Positions 60,901-64,000 of a stretch of 64,000 nucleotides of DNA are shown one piece after another. Below the pieces are notes generated by a model. It did not search any database. It saw only the letters and a list, made by a program, of their open reading frames with translations, and was not told the origin of the DNA. The number at the start of each line of letters is the position of its first letter. Positions within the stretch are counted from its first letter, which is position 1. Position numbers and translations under genes: made by a program. The stretch comes from Tubiluchus corallicola. Lineage: Eukaryota > Animalia > Priapulida. The stretch is taken from positions 248,001 through 312,000 of the forward strand of contig JAQGDQ010000031.1 of the NCBI GenBank assembly GCA_030141605.1. Direction: 5' to 3'.

Positions 60901-61060
60901 GTGTATTTAAATACATTGATGAGAATTGTTCAATGTCTAAATATTTACTTTTTGGTAACTGGTTAGAATTGTTAAAGAATTGTAAGTCAGGATCAATTTC
61001 ATCTAAGCTATTAAAATTATCCCCAAATTGATGTTCAAAAATATCCAAATTATACTTCAA
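57947..61060 (-). pseudogene. LINE ORF2 N-terminal (APE endonuclease) region, frameshifted and interrupted by a solo LTR
   Basis: ORF pieces 60875-61060, 59071-59268, 58772-58954 and 57947-58639 are collinear. Removing 59275-60882 and one TSD restores NSFSMIHLNIRSL in frame. Confidence 0.88.
59275..60882 (-). mobile_element. Probable Gypsy-type solo LTR, 1608 bp
   Basis: 4-bp TSD agaa (59271-59274, 60883-60886). Minus strand starts tgttatg; the other end reads tatcgtg on the plus strand (TG decayed to TA). Minus-strand TATA-like box near 60240 and AATAAA near 59755. No long ORF. Confidence 0.78.
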
Positions 61061-62605
61061 AAAAAGTTCAATGCCCGCTGGTTACGTCGAATACATTATC
61101 ACATATTGGACAGAATCTGTTTACAGGTATCATCAAAAGTGCAGGGAAAATCAAAACTAAAGAGATTAGGGAATAGAAAAAGTAAAAAAAGTAGAATAAA
61201 ATATCGTTAAAGGAGTGTAAGTATAAATGTGTAAAAAAATATGCCAGCAAGTAAAGCCAGCCAGCCACGTTTGCAGCGAGTCAAGATGAGTACATAATTA
61301 CAACAAACGTTTAAACTGAATATGAGCGAAGTTATGTAATATACTAAATTTCCAACCAGGCTAAAAACTGAAATCAAATTATCATATTATTAGAACTTGT
61401 ATATGCCATATTAATCATATATTGGGCCATAATCAAAGGACAATAATACTAGTAGGAGCACTTGTTAATATTTGTTTTACGAATTAAGGCGGTAAGTATT
61501 AAAGCACTATTATAGTGTAATCAACAATTTTATAACCTATTGGTATATTCAGATTATCAATTATAGTTACCATGTAGCAATAGGTCTATGAAACCAAATT
61601 ACTGGTCAGGAGAGTAGTAAATACTGCTTACTAAACTGTGTGAATCAAGGCCGAAAGGCAAGTGGCTACAAATGATGACCTTGGGGAGGCCTGTATGAAT
61701 TTAAACAACTTGAACTAATCGATAACAGTATCAAAGTAAATAATATTCCCGATCAACTTCATTGCTGTTGATAACTAAGGTTTTAATTGGATTATCACAT
61801 CAACTTTAAAAGGGGGGATGGGGCGGGGGTGGAGACAGTAGTTATATCAACATATCGGACAGAATTCATGATAAATTTGTGGCGGGGCAAGGCGTCTGAT
61901 TAGACAACTTAATATAGACATCTAAATTACATGGTCAATTGTTGTTAATGCTTAGCAAACTTTGAGTTGGGAATGTCATGAGCAGTAGTACTTTCAAACA
62001 GAATATAGGATTAACATATATAGAATTACATTCTGTACTCATATAAGTATGAAACAGACTGCATGACAGCGTTAAGCAACTTTGCAGGTCTTTAAGTACA
62101 AATGAATATTAAAGGCCAAGGGCAGGTTGTCGAATCTTAATGTATTCTATCGGTTTCTTAATGGGTAGAAAGTCGTTTTGCACGTAGGCATGCCGGTTTT
62201 CGTCACAGATCATTATCTGGCAATTTAAGCATGGTTTCTGTTGGGAGAGATTTCACTTACAGTTAAATCGCACATACAGCAAAATACACGTAATTAAACT
62301 AGTTTTAATATAAAAATAATAATAAAATATGACATTGATCTAGCTTCTTTCAAACGATGTCTAGAAATTTGATGTAGGGCTTAGTATATCCTCAAAGATA
62401 GGAATTTATATTCGGAATAATTCCTCGTGTGCATTGTTACCATGTAATTGTTGACAACAATCGTAGAGGTAAACACTTGATAAGTACACTCATGTACACA
62501 CACATGCATGTTTGCACATACACGCACCTATGCACACGCATAAACATTAACGCATACACATCGATTAGTGTAATAAGTGAGCATTTATAGTAATAAAGTT
62601 AATAT

Positions 62606-63292
62606 TTAAAGTAAATCTTCTTCTGACTTGATTTCAAACGGCTGCATATTCTCACTAGCTCGTATGTATATCCTTCCTTGGTTTGTCCAGACGTATTTGT
62701 ACCCTCTTTCTTTCCTGAACGTCAAACATTTATTTAGCAAACCTTTTCTAGACTTCGTGAGACATTCATTAATATGTATTCTTCCGTTAGAGGTGAAACC
62801 AATCTGACTAAGTTTTGGACCGTCTTTTCGTTTTCTGTAAATAGCGTCTCGGACAGATCTCCTGGTGAACTTTACCATAATAGGTTCTATACCTTTCTCT
62901 GATGGGATACGGTGTGACACACTGATGTCCGTATCGCTTAGTGGCCATCCCATTTCACTAGCTATGCACTTAATTAAATTGTCAGTGTTCTCCCCGTTCT
63001 GTGTTGGTATCCCGTAAATTAATACGCCGTCTCTACGAATATACTGTTGGAGATTCTCAATTTCTGCAGCTTGGCTAGCTACTTTAGACTCAGTGGTTTT
63101 CACTAAGGCTTTAAGATCCTTGTTCTCTTGTTCAGTATTTTCTAATCTGGCTAAGGCGTTGTCATACATTATACAAATATTATCATATTTAGTTTCCAAA
63201 GATGTTCGTCCTGCCTTAAGTTCCTTCAAACCAATTTGTATTTTGCCCATTTCAGACATCATTTCTGCTCTAAAGTTTAACAGTTCAGACAA
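62606..63292 (-). CDS. LINE ORF1 protein (coiled coil, RRM-like region, C-terminal domain)
   Basis: Heptad-rich N-terminus, LQQYIRRDGVLIYGIP, DISVSHRI, PIMVKFTRR, IHINECLT, YKYVWTNQGRIYIR. A likely original start near 63402 is cut off by a frameshift/stop. Confidence 0.85.
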   Translation of the reverse strand: MSELLNFRAEMMSEMGKIQIGLKELKAGRTSLETKYDNICIMYDNALARLENTEQENKDLKALVKTTESKVASQAAEIENLQQYIRRDGVLIYGIPTQNGENTDNLIKCIASEMGWPLSDTDISVSHRIPSEKGIEPIMVKFTRRSVRDAIYRKRKDGPKLSQIGFTSNGRIHINECLTKSRKGLLNKCLTFRKERGYKYVWTNQGRIYIRASENMQPFEIKSEEDLL

Positions 63293-64000
63293 AAGGTTTA
63301 CGTCAGTATTATATTACCTTCATCGTTGTGTCCCTTACTTGCACTGTTTGACATCATTGCAGTTGTAATTTCTACCGTTGATTCCCGACTTTTTGTTTCC
63401 ATAAGTGATTTTGACCCGGATCTTGTAATGGACATCACACGCCACCATTTATAGCTTCACTGATCGAAAATGCACCATCGTAACATGAACTTCAAACTTG
63501 ATCACATAATATTTATAAACATGAGATGTACCAGTATAAATATTATTCAAGATCGTTTACGTTCTTGTATAGGTAACATGACTGGCTTCATGTGCATGTA
63601 TGTAAACTTAAAACATAAAATTTCTACACTCAGTCTTATGCTATAAGCTAGCACGGGAGCGAGCGTAAAAGACGTGCACTCGCTGCAAAACCAGTTTGAC
63701 CCTCAAATTTATTGACATATTTATTGACATATGCTCAGTTTATTGACATATTTATAAAGAAATATGCGTGTTTTGTAATCTCGCTAGGCTTCTAATATTG
63801 GTATTTTTGTGAAAGTTCTTGAGCTTGTTGCAGAAGCAGCATGTTGTTTAGCAGTTTTGTGAGAGCAGCCAATCTAAGTGCATAATTTTGCATTGTATTT
63901 AAGACAGATTTACCTTTATAAAATGTTCATTTTTAATACAAGTTCCTTACATGGGAAAACACCGCTACTCGACTTGTCCTTTCAGCATCTAACTTCCCAA

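Larger units (their letters stand above)
57940..63695 (-). mobile_element. L2/CR1-group LINE (Crack/Daphne/Kiri-like), 5'-intact, truncated before the RT domain, degenerate
   Basis: ORF1, a ~1.5-kb spacer, then ORF2 with EIDPD and the endonuclease motifs HLNIRSL, ALSETWL, VYRPP, LGDFNINLL, PTRIT...LIDNIF, KPWIT. Several frameshifts. Putative 5'UTR start near 63695. Confidence 0.88.

Overview
AT-rich, intron-rich animal (probably invertebrate bilaterian) genomic DNA; most short ORFs in the supplied track are spurious or are single exons. Genes rebuilt by hand from splice sites: (1) the 3' part of a heparan sulfate 3-O-sulfotransferase (+, runs off the window start); (2) an intronless PRPS-associated protein gene (PRPSAP, +); (3) an 11-exon TTD14-like P-loop/CYTH gene (-, 465 aa) with a candidate Rbfox-motif cassette exon and candidate alternative last exons; (4,5) two tandem 8-exon paralogues (-, about 360 aa each) encoding secreted pentraxin-domain proteins with Arg-rich N- and C-terminal extensions and altered calcium-ligand positions. 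The rest is transposon-rich: hAT and pogo/Tigger MITEs, three copies of a foldback element carrying a HINE-like insert, two solo LTRs with clean target-site duplications (TSDs), a fossil Academ-like transposase, and a 5'-intact, 3'-truncated L2/CR1-group LINE. The pentraxin-like pair is the best candidate for an undescribed system. No database search was run; family calls come from recognising motifs.
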